A stretch of 63,133 nt of DNA, filler included, from Globobulimina sp. (taxonomy: Eukaryota): assembly GCA_003354225.1 (NCBI GenBank). It is 24 parts of 24 records of this genome, joined end to end, with 100 filler letters (N's around TTAATTAATTAA, not from the genome) between each part and the next. Parts side by side here need not be neighbours in the genome. Positions count along the whole stretch, not along the records: positions 34,268 to 36,802 come from PIVH01006127.1; positions 36,903 to 39,436 come from PIVH01006128.1; positions 39,537 to 42,070 come from PIVH01006129.1; positions 42,171 to 44,704 come from PIVH01006130.1; positions 44,805 to 47,337 come from PIVH01006131.1; 19 more parts are not named here. One strand, written 5' to 3'. This document shows, piece after piece, positions 34,276 through 47,437 of the stretch. The notes under the pieces were generated by a model. That model was not told the DNA's origin. It ran no database searches and worked only from the letters and a program-made list of their open reading frames with translations. Within the stretch, counting starts at the first letter, position 1. Each line of letters opens with the position of its first letter. The translations under genes and the position numbers were made by a program.

Positions 34276-36093
34276 TTGGTAAATTGCACAGTAAATTCGG
34301 AATTGGAATTATCCGATCTATATAGTATAATAATATCAGATGCAACCAACCAAACAATTGAATTAAATCAACAAAATATCGGCGACCAATCAGAAAATAA
34401 ATCATATTCCGATGCGGCCAAATCCAACAGCAATGACATTGAAATATTAAATGAAGCAAATAATAATAACAACAATCTATTTATCACAGATCAAGCGTTA
34501 ATTGACCATGGATTAAATGATGCGGACTTTGAAGAAGATGATATTGATCCAAATTTATTTGATGATGCAAAGAATGCGACGATTGAATCTGATACAATCA
34601 CACAACAACAACCAAATGAAGTAAATCAAAGTGAAATGGCGGCAACGAATCCATTTGAAAATATCTCCATTGATCTGAATAATAATAATGTCAATGAAAT
34701 CGCGTCAGTGTCATCCCAACATATGGCAAATAAACAAGGCATGGCAACCAATATGAGGGCAAATTGTCCTCCTCCGAATGAATCGCAGCAATATGTATTT
34801 AGTGATGAGCCAATTCCGATGAACACCAATAACAAAAAGAAAAGGAAGCCACAGCCACCGTATAAATTGCAAATAACTCCGAAGATACCAAACTACAGCA
34901 AACCCAGAACAAAAATTGCAAACCGAATGAAGAAAGCGAGTGAGAAAAAGAAGAAAGAAAATAAATTACCATTCCCGAACATCAGAGGTGCAGCAAAAAG
35001 AGGAAAAGGAAGGAAAAAATCCAGATTCGCACGAAGCGACACTAAAAAAGATGATAAGTCCGAGAGTTAAAAAACAAAAAAGAAATGCAGCCAATCCATT
35101 AATCCTATTTTTTCTATTACATTCCTCTTTAATTAATAAATTATCCCTCATACAAAATGATAATTATTATAATAATCCTTCCTTTTTATGTACAAATTGC
35201 TTTGATGTTGAGTCTGTAGACTGGAACCATTTTATATTTACTGAGTTGTACAATGAGTGTAATACTCGGTACATCCCGTTTAAACACCATATAAAATCTC
35301 CTACTACAGTCTTGACTTTTGTTTTTGATTTATGCTATATACAAAGTTCTAAAATTAATTTCCAATATCAAACGTGCTACAGTTCTAAAAAGAAAATGAA
35401 AACTCACTCAAAAAACGCACAAAAGTCCGCTAGATGTAAATCAAATAAATGGTTATCTATAACATCTTGCAGTATAACATAAGTGGGATAATAAATCCCT
35501 CCAAAATGACTGCAGAAAATAAATGCCAACGAATTAACCAAATAATGTTGGCAAAACGAATCGATTTCCTCATGTTGCAAGAATGTAGCGCGACACTCCG
35601 CTATCCATTGCTGACAGGAGAAACACACTACATCGATAAAAATAACATTCCACATCCAATCAAATTCCCAATCCAATTCTTTCCAAATTATAATGTCCAC
35701 CATGTTGGTACAGAAACAGCGGTTCTGTACAGAAAAACGCTTAACGTCACACCGTTAAACTCCCCACAAAACTATAACCACATAAATCGCACAAAGAACT
35801 GCCACATTACAAGTGTCATACTACACAGTGGCGACCAGAATATAGGCATTCACTCATTATATAATTGCCCAAATAATCCAAATATAGACCAACTGTTTCA
35901 TTATCCATTGACAGTGGATGCAAATGTCATTGCCGGCGATTTCAATGTTCCAAACGTAATATGGGCAGTGACAGATCAACAGTTGAATCAAACAATTTTG
36001 TTGATGGCATCCATTTCCTTAATATGCAAATACAAAAAAAAATCCTTAATACTGATGAATATATGCCCGATCGTTCCAGATCAAGGAGAATAA
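34276..36093 (+). mobile_element. Decayed non-LTR retrotransposon 5' part: ORF1-like (34276-35070) plus APE endonuclease (35449-36093), frameshifted and truncated
   Basis: ILQYNISG, DFLMLQE, SLYN.PN, IAGDFN; WG-S motif shifted by 1 nt near 35964; no RT follows. Confidence 0.8.
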
Positions 36094-36982
36094 AAAGTAC
36101 ATTTTGTACTTAAATCTCCAAAATATTATAATATTTACCTTTGTTCATTGGCATCACCTCCAAATAAAAGGACTTGTATCCTCGTTTGTGTCTGCTATTT
36201 ATTTAGTGTTCCTTTCTTGTGTATAGGTGAAATCTTTAATTGATTTCTTAAAGTTTTGAAGAAAAAAAAAAATGTAACTAAGAATTAAACAGTTTTAGAA
36301 GTTTACCAAACAGTACAGAATGATAAAGAATATGAGATGCACGTTTTGTTTTTAGCAAGAACGAACCTTTGCCCTATCGCTACTATGGTTTTACAGTTTT
36401 TCAGTGCAAATCTAAGCATAAAAAACGTTTTAACATTTTAGCATATTGCCAATTTTGCAGTCTCCATTATAACATATGTACTTAACTCTTTTTTTTGCAG
36501 TCTCCAGTTTTTGTTTTTTTTGCAGGATGTGTTCGTCTTGTTACAATTGAGAACCTAGCCCCATATAGTATGTATTACTAACATCAATGAACACATTGAC
36601 AGAAAGCATGGAAACAAACAATCAAAGCATCCAATTTTAATAGAATCCATTATTGTAATTAATACATTGTCCAATTGCGGTATTTTAATTAATAAATTGA
36701 ATGGGAATCAATGGATATAATCATCAAAACACAGATATAATGGATAGAATCAATGGATAGATATACAATTAAACAATGCCATCAAAACACAGGCATTCAT
36801 TTNNNNNNNNNNNNNNNNNNNNNNNNNNNNNNNNNNNNNNNNNNNNTTAATTAATTAANNNNNNNNNNNNNNNNNNNNNNNNNNNNNNNNNNNNNNNNNN
36901 NNGAGCAAATGTAAGTTTTTTGTTTTATTTTATTATGTGTGAAATAGAGAGATTAGAGACACAAACCTGGATTGGCAATAAA

Positions 36983-37054
36983 TGTACGCAACAGGGGTTG
37001 AACCTGTATCCTGGCATAAATAAGCCAGTGCTCTATCGATTGAGCTATGCGCAC
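36983..37054 (-). tRNA. tRNA-like cloverleaf with non-canonical loops (probable pseudo-tRNA)
   Basis: GTGCGCA/TGCGTAC acceptor, GCTC/GAGC D stem, CTGGC/GCCAG anticodon stem, ACAGG/CCTGT T stem; 8-nt anticodon loop; D loop lacks GG. Confidence 0.65.
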
Positions 37055-37792
37055 AAAATCAAAGTGGCAGCATGGACCCATGATGAAAGAAAGAAAGATG
37101 TTGAAAAGAATTTAAAAACTCTTAGCAGGAAATTGTTTCAGGAAATTGTCATTTTGATTAATATACAATCTTATTGCAAATTGTTAATCAATCCAATAAT
37201 GTTCTAATCAACAACAATGTCATAATTTTGATTACCCCTCCTCTGAGGAGGGGCAATGTATATTTTTCTATTACCCCTCCTCACATGAATCATTTACAAA
37301 AATAATCCCTCGTTCCGTGACCTTTTGTGTATACCATAATTTCAAATAACATACAAAGATATCATGCAAAATATGGAATATTGTATACTATGAGAGAGAG
37401 ATAGATATGTGATAACTATAACTTATATTATTATGAAGTTATCATATAATTAAAAACATATAAGTAGTGCTTTCTTATATCATTGATTAATTTATGGGAT
37501 ATAATAGTTGCGTATCAAAACTTTGCATATGTTGATCGCAAACTGAAAGCGGTGTCTAGATGACAGCTTAAATAACAAAACTTGAATTAAAAACATTCAC
37601 CGAACTGCACACAACTGCAGTGATTTCATTTTAGCGTTCTTAGATGCAGCTGTATTCAGATTATGATCTCTGTAGAGTTTTTTTAGCGATTATGATCTCT
37701 AATTTTATACTTTATTTTTGGAACATCAAACCAATACTCGATCTCATTTGATATTATCAGATTTTTGGAACATCATACACTTTTTGCCAACC

Positions 37793-38848
37793 ATGATGCA
37801 CATTCGTTCATTATACAAACACAACCAGAGAGCCAAAAAAGTAGCATTCACTGTAGCAAGCGTATGGGTTCTAAGCAGACTATATAAAAAATGGAAGCGT
37901 TCACAGAAAGTATTTACTCAAAAAAAAGATATTGCAAAGAAAACAATATTAATAACAGGCTGTGATACTGGATTCGGCAACGCGGCTGCTTTAAAATTAA
38001 GTGCAAAATTAGGATATAAAGTAATTGCAACATGTTTAAAAAAAGAGTCTGTTGAGCAATTTTTATCCAATACTGCTTACACAAAAAATGGATCCACAGC
38101 AACGGTTTTAGATGTAACAAAATCAGATAATATTCAACGCGTTAAACAGTTTACAATAAAATATTTAAGTGACACAAATTCCATATTATGGGGCTTCGTA
38201 AACAATGCTGGATTTAGTATCCCTGGCCCTTTTGAAGTAGTTCCAATTGGAATGGCCGAAATGGAGCGAAATGTACTATACACAGCACCATTAAATATAA
38301 CACGTGCATTCCTACCGTTATTACCTGGTAGACAAAGTTTTAGTTTTTCTTCAAAAAAAGAGAAAACCTTCACTGAAGGTGGCAGGATTGTTAATGTTTC
38401 GTCGGTAGCAGCTCGCGGTGTGTCTGGCACTGGCATTCGATACGGCACATCAAAAGCAGCATTGTCGTATTTTAGTCATGCATTGAGAATGGAAGTTTTT
38501 CCTCGCTTCGGTGTTTGGGTCAGTGCAATTGAGCCCAGTGGGTATACAACAGCGATAATTTCAGGGAGCAAAGCTTGGTTCAAAAGGGTTAAAGAGAGAG
38601 TTGAAGAAGAAAATAACTCTGAGTTGTTGAAGATTTATGATTATAAAGACCCGGATGAAACACAGATTCCCAAAGGATTTGGATTTAGCTCAAAAATGGA
38701 GGAAGTGGTTGATTGCATTATACATGGTTTGACAGCCAAATATCCACAGAGATCATATCAAGCAAATTGGACACTTTTGGTGAAATTTTTGGTATATGCA
38801 CCGATATGGATGACGGAACCATTGCAATTATGGGCGAAGAACAGATGA
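37793..38848 (+). CDS. Short-chain dehydrogenase/reductase (RDH/17beta-HSD-like)
   Basis: ILITGCDTGFG, VNNAG, GRIVNVSS, YGTSK. Confidence 0.92.
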   Translation: MMHIRSLYKHNQRAKKVAFTVASVWVLSRLYKKWKRSQKVFTQKKDIAKKTILITGCDTGFGNAAALKLSAKLGYKVIATCLKKESVEQFLSNTAYTKNGSTATVLDVTKSDNIQRVKQFTIKYLSDTNSILWGFVNNAGFSIPGPFEVVPIGMAEMERNVLYTAPLNITRAFLPLLPGRQSFSFSSKKEKTFTEGGRIVNVSSVAARGVSGTGIRYGTSKAALSYFSHALRMEVFPRFGVWVSAIEPSGYTTAIISGSKAWFKRVKERVEEENNSELLKIYDYKDPDETQIPKGFGFSSKMEEVVDCIIHGLTAKYPQRSYQANWTLLVKFLVYAPIWMTEPLQLWAKNR

Positions 38849-39212
38849 AGATGAACCATTGATTTTTATATTGTATTTTATTTTTTAGGAAATGTAAATT
38901 TTGTAAAATTTTGTAAATTTTGTAGAAAACTTTTTTGTGTAGCCTTGACCACACTAACTCTTTCGTCATTTTGCTTGACTTTTTGTGAAAAAAAAATATG
39001 TAAAAAATCATTGTGATGGCCCACAATTTATACTGTATGTAATTAACAAATGCTGGTTTGGTAAATATGTATATTATTAATAATCCAAATATAGCTGAAA
39101 CATAAAACAGCTGCAGCAATAATTGGCAAATATATCCCTCAAAAATAGAATAGTGTCATAACTGACAAATATAGCTTCTAAAATAAAAATAAAATATTCT
39201 ACCAATCAACAA

Positions 39213-39436
39213 ATGGCATCACATGACACCATATCATTCATTATCATCCCCACATTATCAACACTGGGTATTTTTACATTTATTGCAGAGTTAGGATTCG
39301 GATTTAAAGCAAATTATGGTCGTTTTTCATCATTTAAATCGCATTCAATTCAAATCCCAGCAAAAATCGCCTGGATTTTGCAAGAATTACCATCGTTTGC
39401 CACAGCCTCATTTTTTCTGATTAAGTCATTTGACGA
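39213..39436 (+). CDS. Steroid 5-alpha-reductase (SRD5A/DET2-like) N-terminus, 3' truncated
   Basis: ANYGRF...IPAKIAWILQELPSF signature. Confidence 0.85.
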
Positions 39437-40484
39437 NNNNNNNNNNNNNNNNNNNNNNNNNNNNNNNNNNNNNNNNNNNNTTAATTAATTAANNNNNNNN
39501 NNNNNNNNNNNNNNNNNNNNNNNNNNNNNNNNNNNNTTAAGCGTTTAGATTTCGAAAAAAACATGCCCGTAATCGTTTAGATTTTTTAAGCATAATAAAC
39601 TAGGCCGGGCATAATATACCTTATAATTAACATTTCATATTTCATCATGCGTTAAAAAATGTTTTTAACATTATTAAAAAAATGTTATCTTTTAACATTT
39701 TATTTATAACCTATTTTCCTTCCCAATTCACAAAAGTTGATCATGAGCAAAATCTACCCTAATATTTGATATTCTCTCTTGTTGTATGTCTTAGTGCTGC
39801 AACAGTCGACGCAATTTATGCCTTGAGTGATAGTAAATTTAATGAATGAAGGGACAGCGCGAACGCAATCCCAGTTTGTGGCAATAATTATATAATTGGT
39901 GTCTTCAGAGCAAAAATATATATATTATGGACAGCCGGTTTCGCCATGATATTATGGGGGCACAGGGGGAGCACCAGCTATTTTGCGAAATATTGATGCT
40001 AGAAAAAATTTGCGAAATATTTTGCGAAATACCACAATAAACTACACACAAATAGAAGTTAATTCCACAGGTTTAGAATTTTATATCTGTAATGCCTCGT
40101 GCTAAAATAGCATTACAAATCTTTTCCCAAATACCAGATACGACTGTAGTTACTGTCACAAAAATGACAACTCCAGCTCGGTGTGAGGTAACACTGTCAG
40201 TGTTACATCATGTTTTTGTAGCTGATATTTCAAATTGGTATCATAATTAGCTAATTATTTGCCAATTAATTGATGAAACTAGCAATATTCTAATCGACTG
40301 TCCAACTTAAAACAGCTGAATATTTACAGCTTCGGTATATTTATCATTAATTAATCATAATTCCGGTCATAATTCACTAAAAATAATTTCATGAACAAAA
40401 GGTTTTCGGCAATTCATCAAACAATCAAAATAATCAAATCTGAAATACTATCCAATCAGTTATAAACAAAAGAAATTTAATAAA

Positions 40485-41247
40485 ATGTCTCGTTATTTAT
40501 TACAATTATTAATACGTACACCTCATCCAAGGCTATGGGACAATACATTTAGTGACAATGTATTTAGCAATATCCTATTTGAATGAAGATATTATATTTT
40601 ATATCAAAGGATTGATGTTTGGTGGATTTATTAGTACATTCTTAGAATATTGGTTTCATATTTTTTTACATCATTGGGGTTGGAAACTTGGCCATGAAAA
40701 ACATCATCAAATTCATAATCCCACAACAACTCCTATTATGCCCATTATTATTTATGCAACATTGTTAATGATCGCAATATCATTATTATTTGATGCAAAA
40801 ACGGCAATTTTAGCTAATATCGGACTGTCAATATCTCAAATTATATTTGAGATTAGTCATATCATTATCCATACTGCATGGAATCCATGGTTTATGAAAG
40901 CATTAAGACAATGGCATCATATTCATCATAAAGCAAACAATGATGATGTTTGTTATGGTTTAACCTCATCTTTTTGGGACTTAATATTTGGAACTCTTCC
41001 AAATAATTATGGATTATATTTAAAATATCCATATTTAAAATTATTTGGTCATCTTCCTTTTCCATTAATTGGATTTGTTATAATAACACCATGGTTATAC
41101 ACATCAGATGATATTAAATCAAATGGTAATATCAAGAAAATGTTACAAAGCATTTCTTCCATCAAAAAATTAAAATTAAAATGGGTGCTTCCAGCATTTA
41201 TCACTGGATTAATTGTTCCTATTATACCATTTTATTTAACATTCTAA
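40485..41247 (+). CDS. Fatty acid hydroxylase/sterol desaturase family protein (possible 5' frameshift)
   Basis: EYWFHIFLHH, HEKHH, HIIIH, HHIHH His boxes and YGLTSSFWDLIFGT; upstream ATG 40485 is one base out of frame with the main ORF. Confidence 0.85.
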
Positions 41248-42176
41248 TAGTCTAAAACTAATGGATCACCATTCCTTTATTGTGAGTTTGTTTCCGTTGA
41301 ATTTGATTTTACAGGATGATTTGTTGAAAAGACCAGCGCCATTGAATAGAAGATTGAAGATCAGTCATCTAACTCTGAACAATCACTGCAAGCGATTGTT
41401 AAAGTGTGTGTTAGATGAAAAACAGCTTAAATAAATCTTCTTGTCGGTTAATGATTCTTCATCTCCGTAGCACAAATCAGATAGCAGAATAACATGTTCT
41501 ATTTCTGATGATATAATCTGTTGTTATCTAAAGTAACCAAATTGACCATAGGAGCAACATGTGTTGATTCAATCCAACATAAAACAAACACAATCAAACA
41601 ATTGAAAAATACATAGTAATAACATAGAATAGAATTGGATGTCTACGTAATTATAAAGAGAAAAAAGTGATGTTTTACCATTGTTATTGGCATGGTAGTC
41701 TTACCGTTGTTTCTTGTGGGACTAGCTTTACAAAGCAAATAAATGTAAAAAATGTATTGATTTCAAATCATAAAAATGTACATTCACTTCATAACATTAT
41801 TAGCTATTATCAATTGTATATTGTAAATAGTCAACAAAAATAGCTGCTCAATACTTTGATACTAAGGCAACACATTTCAAGCAACATTCGAAGAACGTAC
41901 TATCCAACTAAAATTCTTGAATAGTATATGTAATCATTCGATTTGTTTGAATGCATGGTATTTAGTTTGAAAACACACAATGATATTAATTTATCAAAAA
42001 AAACGCCAATAAAACGTTTTATTTTTCACGAACCTAAGCCTCCAAACTTTAAGTGTTTCAAAAAATAGAANNNNNNNNNNNNNNNNNNNNNNNNNNNNNN
42101 NNNNNNNNNNNNNNTTAATTAATTAANNNNNNNNNNNNNNNNNNNNNNNNNNNNNNNNNNNNNNNNNNNNTAATGT

Positions 42177-42350
42177 ATTTCCCGCCATTCTTGTATTTGT
42201 AGAAATTGTTTGTTCCGTTATTTTGTAGAAATTTCCCGCCATTTAATGTACTTACTGAAATTTTCATCGTTTAGAGGTATATAGTGTACTGACAAGGTTG
42301 CATCTTTAGAGCGGGGGTATATAGTGTACTGACAGATGGAGCGGGGGTTA
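42177..42350. repeat. Cluster of paired short direct repeats (ATTTCCCGCCATT x2, GGTATATAGTGTACTGACA x2, GAGCGGGGG x2)
   Basis: Read directly. Confidence 0.7.
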
Positions 42351-42420
42351 TGGTTTATCTTTTGGAATACAGTATTATATCGTTAAAGTAAATCTAAATT
42401 AAAAATGTGAGACGCGACAA

Positions 42421-44667
42421 TCATTGCTGTTTATGTTTTGCATCATTGTTGGCAGTGCGTTGCATAATGTCCATGCTTAAATTATCAATAATATCTTTAT
42501 CAATCAGTTTCCGTTGAATAATTACATTTCGTTGTTTTTGTATTTCCTGTTCTGGTTTGGTTTGTATGATACATAATATTAGTGTTTGTATTGAATCCTT
42601 TGTCATTTGTAATTGCTGCAAATAATTTTGAATTCCAATTTGTGCGTTTAATGGCACCTTAATATGCGTCGGCATTTCAAATGAACTGAACATATCGCAT
42701 TTACTTGCCACAATATTAAATTCTTTAACTTTAGCTTTTCTATTTTGAGTGTCTTCCGACGATATATCCATTAAATGCTTCAACGATAAATTTGCTGTAT
42801 TTAACTCATCGCATAACTCCGATAACCACTCATTTATTTGAGTCTCGTCCTTTTCTTTTATTTCTTTTGTCTGCTTTGCTGCGGCAACAACTTCCGACGA
42901 ATGAGCCGATTAATCGATACTTTTCAATTCCTTTTCGAGTTTATTTATTTCATCATTATACGCATTAAACTGCTTTATCATACTGTTCGTTTCCGAGTGT
43001 TCCGACCGTGTCATCTCTGAGCTTTCATCACTTGCAATTCTCTCCGTATCTGACTGTGAATTTAAGTCTTGTTTTTGTGTTCGGATTCGAATATGTTCCA
43101 AGTGCTGTATTTGTGCATTGGCAGCCATGTCAGACTCCATTTGTTGCACCAAATTCTCCACAGCTTCCAACTCAGTGCATGACGCATTATCTCTTTTTAA
43201 TATTTTATAACATTTTTGCAAGGTGTTTTTCACAAAATGTGTGTTGTTTAATTGCGACGCATTGGTACTGAGTGTGGATAAGTCGTCGTTTTCAGATAAA
43301 TCCAACGATGCGGCACTTACTACACTTATCGCACTGTTCGGTGTTGACAATAAACGTAACGGCGTAGCAATAACCGATCCATTCCCGACGTAGCTTGATA
43401 ACGATTGCCGTGTCGTGGTTAATTCTGTTCTAATTTCATTTAATTGCATTTGCTGTTTCGACACTAAATCAATTTCAACTAAATGCCAACTATACAATTT
43501 ATTGATTTTTTCATTTAGTTTTTTGATCACGTCCTTCATTCTTGTTTTTGAATGTTTTTTGGTATCATAGTTATTCAAACTGTTGTTGCTGTGATCGATG
43601 TCCTTCGTTGTTAAGATAGGAATGGCCGGAATGGTCGAATTGGACTCCAAATCAGGTTCAGATAACGACGAAACTGGCGATAACAACGAATCTCCGACTT
43701 TTTTTAATTTTATATTTGCTGATTGGTTCTCTTTATTTTTTTTCGGTGTGGAATACTCATAAATCGGTGCTTTGTTAATTATTGTTTTGCTTTTTTGTTT
43801 CATTGAATAGTGATTAAAATTGGTCCACGACGACGGCTTCGTTTTTATCTTTTGATTGTTTGACGCCGTTTGATGAGGTTGCAGTGGAATATTATTTTGG
43901 TACTGAGAGTGATACGAATTGCTATCTTTTAATATTTGCCGCGAAACAGGTTTTAAATTTGTAGTGGGCGATATATTTGATTTTAGTTTGTGTGATATGG
44001 TGGATGTCATATACCGGGGTTTTGTGGATGTGATTGCATTTGTTTTTGTTCTTCGTTTCTGATAATTTTTGTTTGGCATTGATTGTTGAACGCATTTTCC
44101 ATCGACGACGTCTAAAAATGTTAAAATTTGGAAAACAAATGTTTGGAAATTCTGTGATTTGCGTCGCCGCGAAAATTCATTGCCTTCGACGTATAGTATT
44201 CTTAAATTGAAATTATTTTGCAATTTTTTCAATAGATCCAAATGTGACAAATGATTAAAGCGTAAATCCAAAGTGTGTAATAGTTGTAAATGAGATAAGT
44301 TTTCAATTTGTCGGATATTGTTATCGGATATGTATAGTTGTTGTAATTGATAGTTTTTTGATAAACCCTCAATTCGCCGGATTTCATTGTACGACAATTG
44401 GACTATTCTTAAAAATGGTAAATTGTTTAAACTCTGAATACGTTCAATATGATTTTTAGATAAATCTAATATTTCGATGGTAGGTGGTAACAATGGTATT
44501 GTTGCTAAAGAGCTGTTATTTACTGTCAATATTCGTATATTATGATATTTTGGCAATGATAATGTGCGCTCAATTTCTTGCCATACTCGGCCACTTATAT
44601 CCAGCTCATATTCCTTGTTGTTATTATTATTATTATTTGTTCTTCTCTGTAAATGTTTGTTAGCCAT
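42421..44667 (-). CDS. SDS22-type LRR plus coiled-coil protein (centrosomal/flagellar-like), with one in-frame TAA at 42910-42912
   Basis: LDLSKNHIERIQSL repeats and LRR cap (LDVVDG); the frame continues past the TAA into ORF 42421-42783. Confidence 0.75.
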
Positions 44668-44804
44668 TAATCTATCACCATATCAAATTCATAACTGGGA
44701 TTCANNNNNNNNNNNNNNNNNNNNNNNNNNNNNNNNNNNNNNNNNNNNTTAATTAATTAANNNNNNNNNNNNNNNNNNNNNNNNNNNNNNNNNNNNNNNN
44801 NNNN

Positions 44805-45787
44805 TAAACGCGGAAAGGGCACTAAATTCACGCTCATTTTGCGTAAATCACCATTTAACTGTCCAGGGAAACGCAACGACGATGTTATACCGCTCATAAC
44901 ATACGAAATTAGCTCATTCTATATGGTGTGTATGGTGTGATGCGATATTGCGTATACAGCAATGCATTGTACTTAACATATTGACCGAAACCAGTTTCTG
45001 CAACGGTGGCTACTTTATTTGTAGTTAATATGTTAATCAATGCTTCATTGTCTAAGGTGTACGATTGGTCCGCACATTCCACCAATTCGTTCACTGCCAA
45101 CACCGCATTGTATGGCTCCACCACCACATCCGATATGGTGGGCGACGGATACACTGAAAACGCGGCAGTCAAACGATCAAAATATTCATCGCGAATTCTA
45201 TTTAATATCAATGTGCCTAAACCACTGCCGGTGCCACCTCCTAAGGAATGGCTCAATTGATAGGCTTGCACACAATCACAGCCTTCGGATTCTTTGCGTA
45301 CGATATCTAATATCTCGTCGATGACTTCTAAACCTTCGGTAAATCGGCCTTTGGCCCAGTTATTGGAACAACCGGATGCACCCATCACAAAATTATCCGG
45401 TTTGAAGATGCTGCCTATTTTATTGGCGCGGATCTTGTCTAATGTCCCTGGCTCTAAATCGACCAACACTGCGCGCGGTGTATAACGTAACAGTTTGTCG
45501 GAGGCACATTCGAAATATACACCGATCTTATCCAATAATATCTGGTCATAGGCGGATAAAGCGGAGGTGGAAGGGTTTGGATTGGTGGATCCGGACTCTT
45601 TGGTTTCTTCTTTGCTGTCCTCTTTGTCCTTCGCAACATTTTTTTTGTGAGCCACTATGACAGGTTTGTTTCTGATAAATGTACCATTCTCATCCAAATG
45701 GTGTTCCTCAGTTATTGTATTCCAAAATATATTACCTATTTGATTACCACACTGACCCACTTGAATGTGGATAATTTCACGAACCAT
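44805..45787 (-). CDS. TUBB: Divergent beta-tubulin (retarian type-2-like), intron 44919-44977, 3' truncated
   Basis: [37 protein letters not shown], spliced [21 protein letters not shown]. Confidence 0.95.
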
Positions 45788-46028
45788 GCAGTATGACAAT
45801 GTTTTTTTGGCAAAAGTTTTTTTTTTCTTTGTTTATGTTTATTTAATCAAAAAAGACAAAAAAAATTTGTGTAAATACTAAAGATTTAAAAACAAATACT
45901 GCACCCAAAACACACAAGACACACAAACACAAACATAAAAATAAACTAGTGAAACAATAAGTTTTTGATTAAATTCAAATAGTATAAATTGTAAATATAT
46001 TACAGAACAAAAAAAGACAAATCCAAAG

Positions 46029-47336
46029 TCAATATTGTTCATTGTGAGTGACTTCGCATAAATAATTTAAAAAACATGATGGATTTAATGAGTGGCCTGA
46101 TACTTTGACGACATCTAAAAATAACTCCATTTCTTTATCAACTCTTTTTTCGTCAAACCCCAAATTTATTGCTGCGTCTTTTGATTCTTTTATTTGTAGT
46201 TCCCGATTGTTATATGGATAGTGGCTATCTATTTTTGCATTTGCTATTTGCTCGTCACTCTTATTCGAGTTATTGTGGTTTGCTGCTTCATGATGGTTGT
46301 GATTCTTGTGACTCTGTGGGTCATTAATTATTTTCCCAGCGCCATTTGATAAAGAAACTGCAATCAAACGGGCCTCGGGTTTGTTGTTTTTCTTATCATT
46401 ATTATTGTTGTGGTTGTTAGGATTATTATTCGTGTTGTTATTTATTGGCTGACTGTGATTAACATTGTTTGAGTGATGGACTTGAACCAATTTATTAAAC
46501 TCTGTAATCATTGTTACATTTTGGAATACTTTTAAAATCAAAGCACGCGGAGGATATGAATCATATAAAATATCTTTAATTAAACATTTATCTCTATTTT
46601 TATACAAAACGGAATCACCGACAGACCATTGACCATATCGCTTCACCGCATTTCTTTTTTTATCTCGTTTTTGGTTATTTTTATTGTTTGGGTTATTTGG
46701 ATTATTTAGATGCATTTGATTCACATTTATTATATTTATCACATTTGGCGAAAGATTTTGTGATTTTTCCTCGATATATATATTATTAACGTTATTATTA
46801 TTGATTTGTTGATTGGCCATTCTTTGGTTCTGGTTCTGGTTTTGGTTATGATTCTGATTCATTGCATTATTATTATTGTTATTGTTAGTAAACGATTGTG
46901 GTCTTTTATTTGGAATGACGTTTCCAAATCTTCCACCACGGATATGTTTATTGTACGCATTCTGATTCTGATTATTGCGGTTATTATTATTATTCATATT
47001 CAGATTATTATTATTATTATTCAGATTGTTAAAGTTCTCATTGTTTCTTAATGATGGGATTGGTTGAATATTTGGTAAAATTGATTGATGATTCGAATGT
47101 GAACGCGAATGTGGATGTGGATGTATATGCGGATGCTGCTGCTGATGCGGATGAGGTGGATTCTGTTCAGTTAATCTATATTTGCGATGTGCGGGTATTG
47201 ATGTTTGACCTGTTTGACCACCACCATATGCATTACGACGTGTTGGCCGATCTCGATGAAAGTCATGAAACTGATGTTGTGCTGGTTGTTGCTGTTGGTG
47301 TTGGTGTGTTGGTGGATAACAAATACCATTTTGTTG
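46029..47336 (-). CDS. Asn/Gln/His-rich protein with small Tudor/SH3-like segment, 5' truncated
   Basis: Frame open from the contig edge; WSVGDSVLY..CLIKDI segment. Confidence 0.55.
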   Translation of the reverse strand, partial: QQNGICYPPTHQHQQQQPAQHQFHDFHRDRPTRRNAYGGGQTGQTSIPAHRKYRLTEQNPPHPHQQQHPHIHPHPHSRSHSNHQSILPNIQPIPSLRNNENFNNLNNNNNNLNMNNNNNRNNQNQNAYNKHIRGGRFGNVIPNKRPQSFTNNNNNNNAMNQNHNQNQNQNQRMANQQINNNNVNNIYIEEKSQNLSPNVINIINVNQMHLNNPNNPNNKNNQKRDKKRNAVKRYGQWSVGDSVLYKNRDKCLIKDILYDSYPPRALILKVFQNVTMITEFNKLVQVHHSNNVNHSQPINNNTNNNPNNHNNNNDKKNNKPEARLIAVSLSNGAGKIINDPQSHKNHNHHEAANHNNSNKSDEQIANAKIDSHYPYNNRELQIKESKDAAINLGFDEKRVDKEMELFLDVVKVSGHSLNPSCFLNYLCEVTHNEQY

Positions 47337-47437
47337 ANNNNNNNNNNNNNNNNNNNNNNNNNNNNNNNNNNNNNNNNNNNNTTAATTAATTAANNNNNNN
47401 NNNNNNNNNNNNNNNNNNNNNNNNNNNNNNNNNNNNN

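Noticed and set aside
37793-41247. Three-gene sterol cluster including the fatty acid hydroxylase
   Set aside because: The hydroxylase lies beyond linker 39437-39536.
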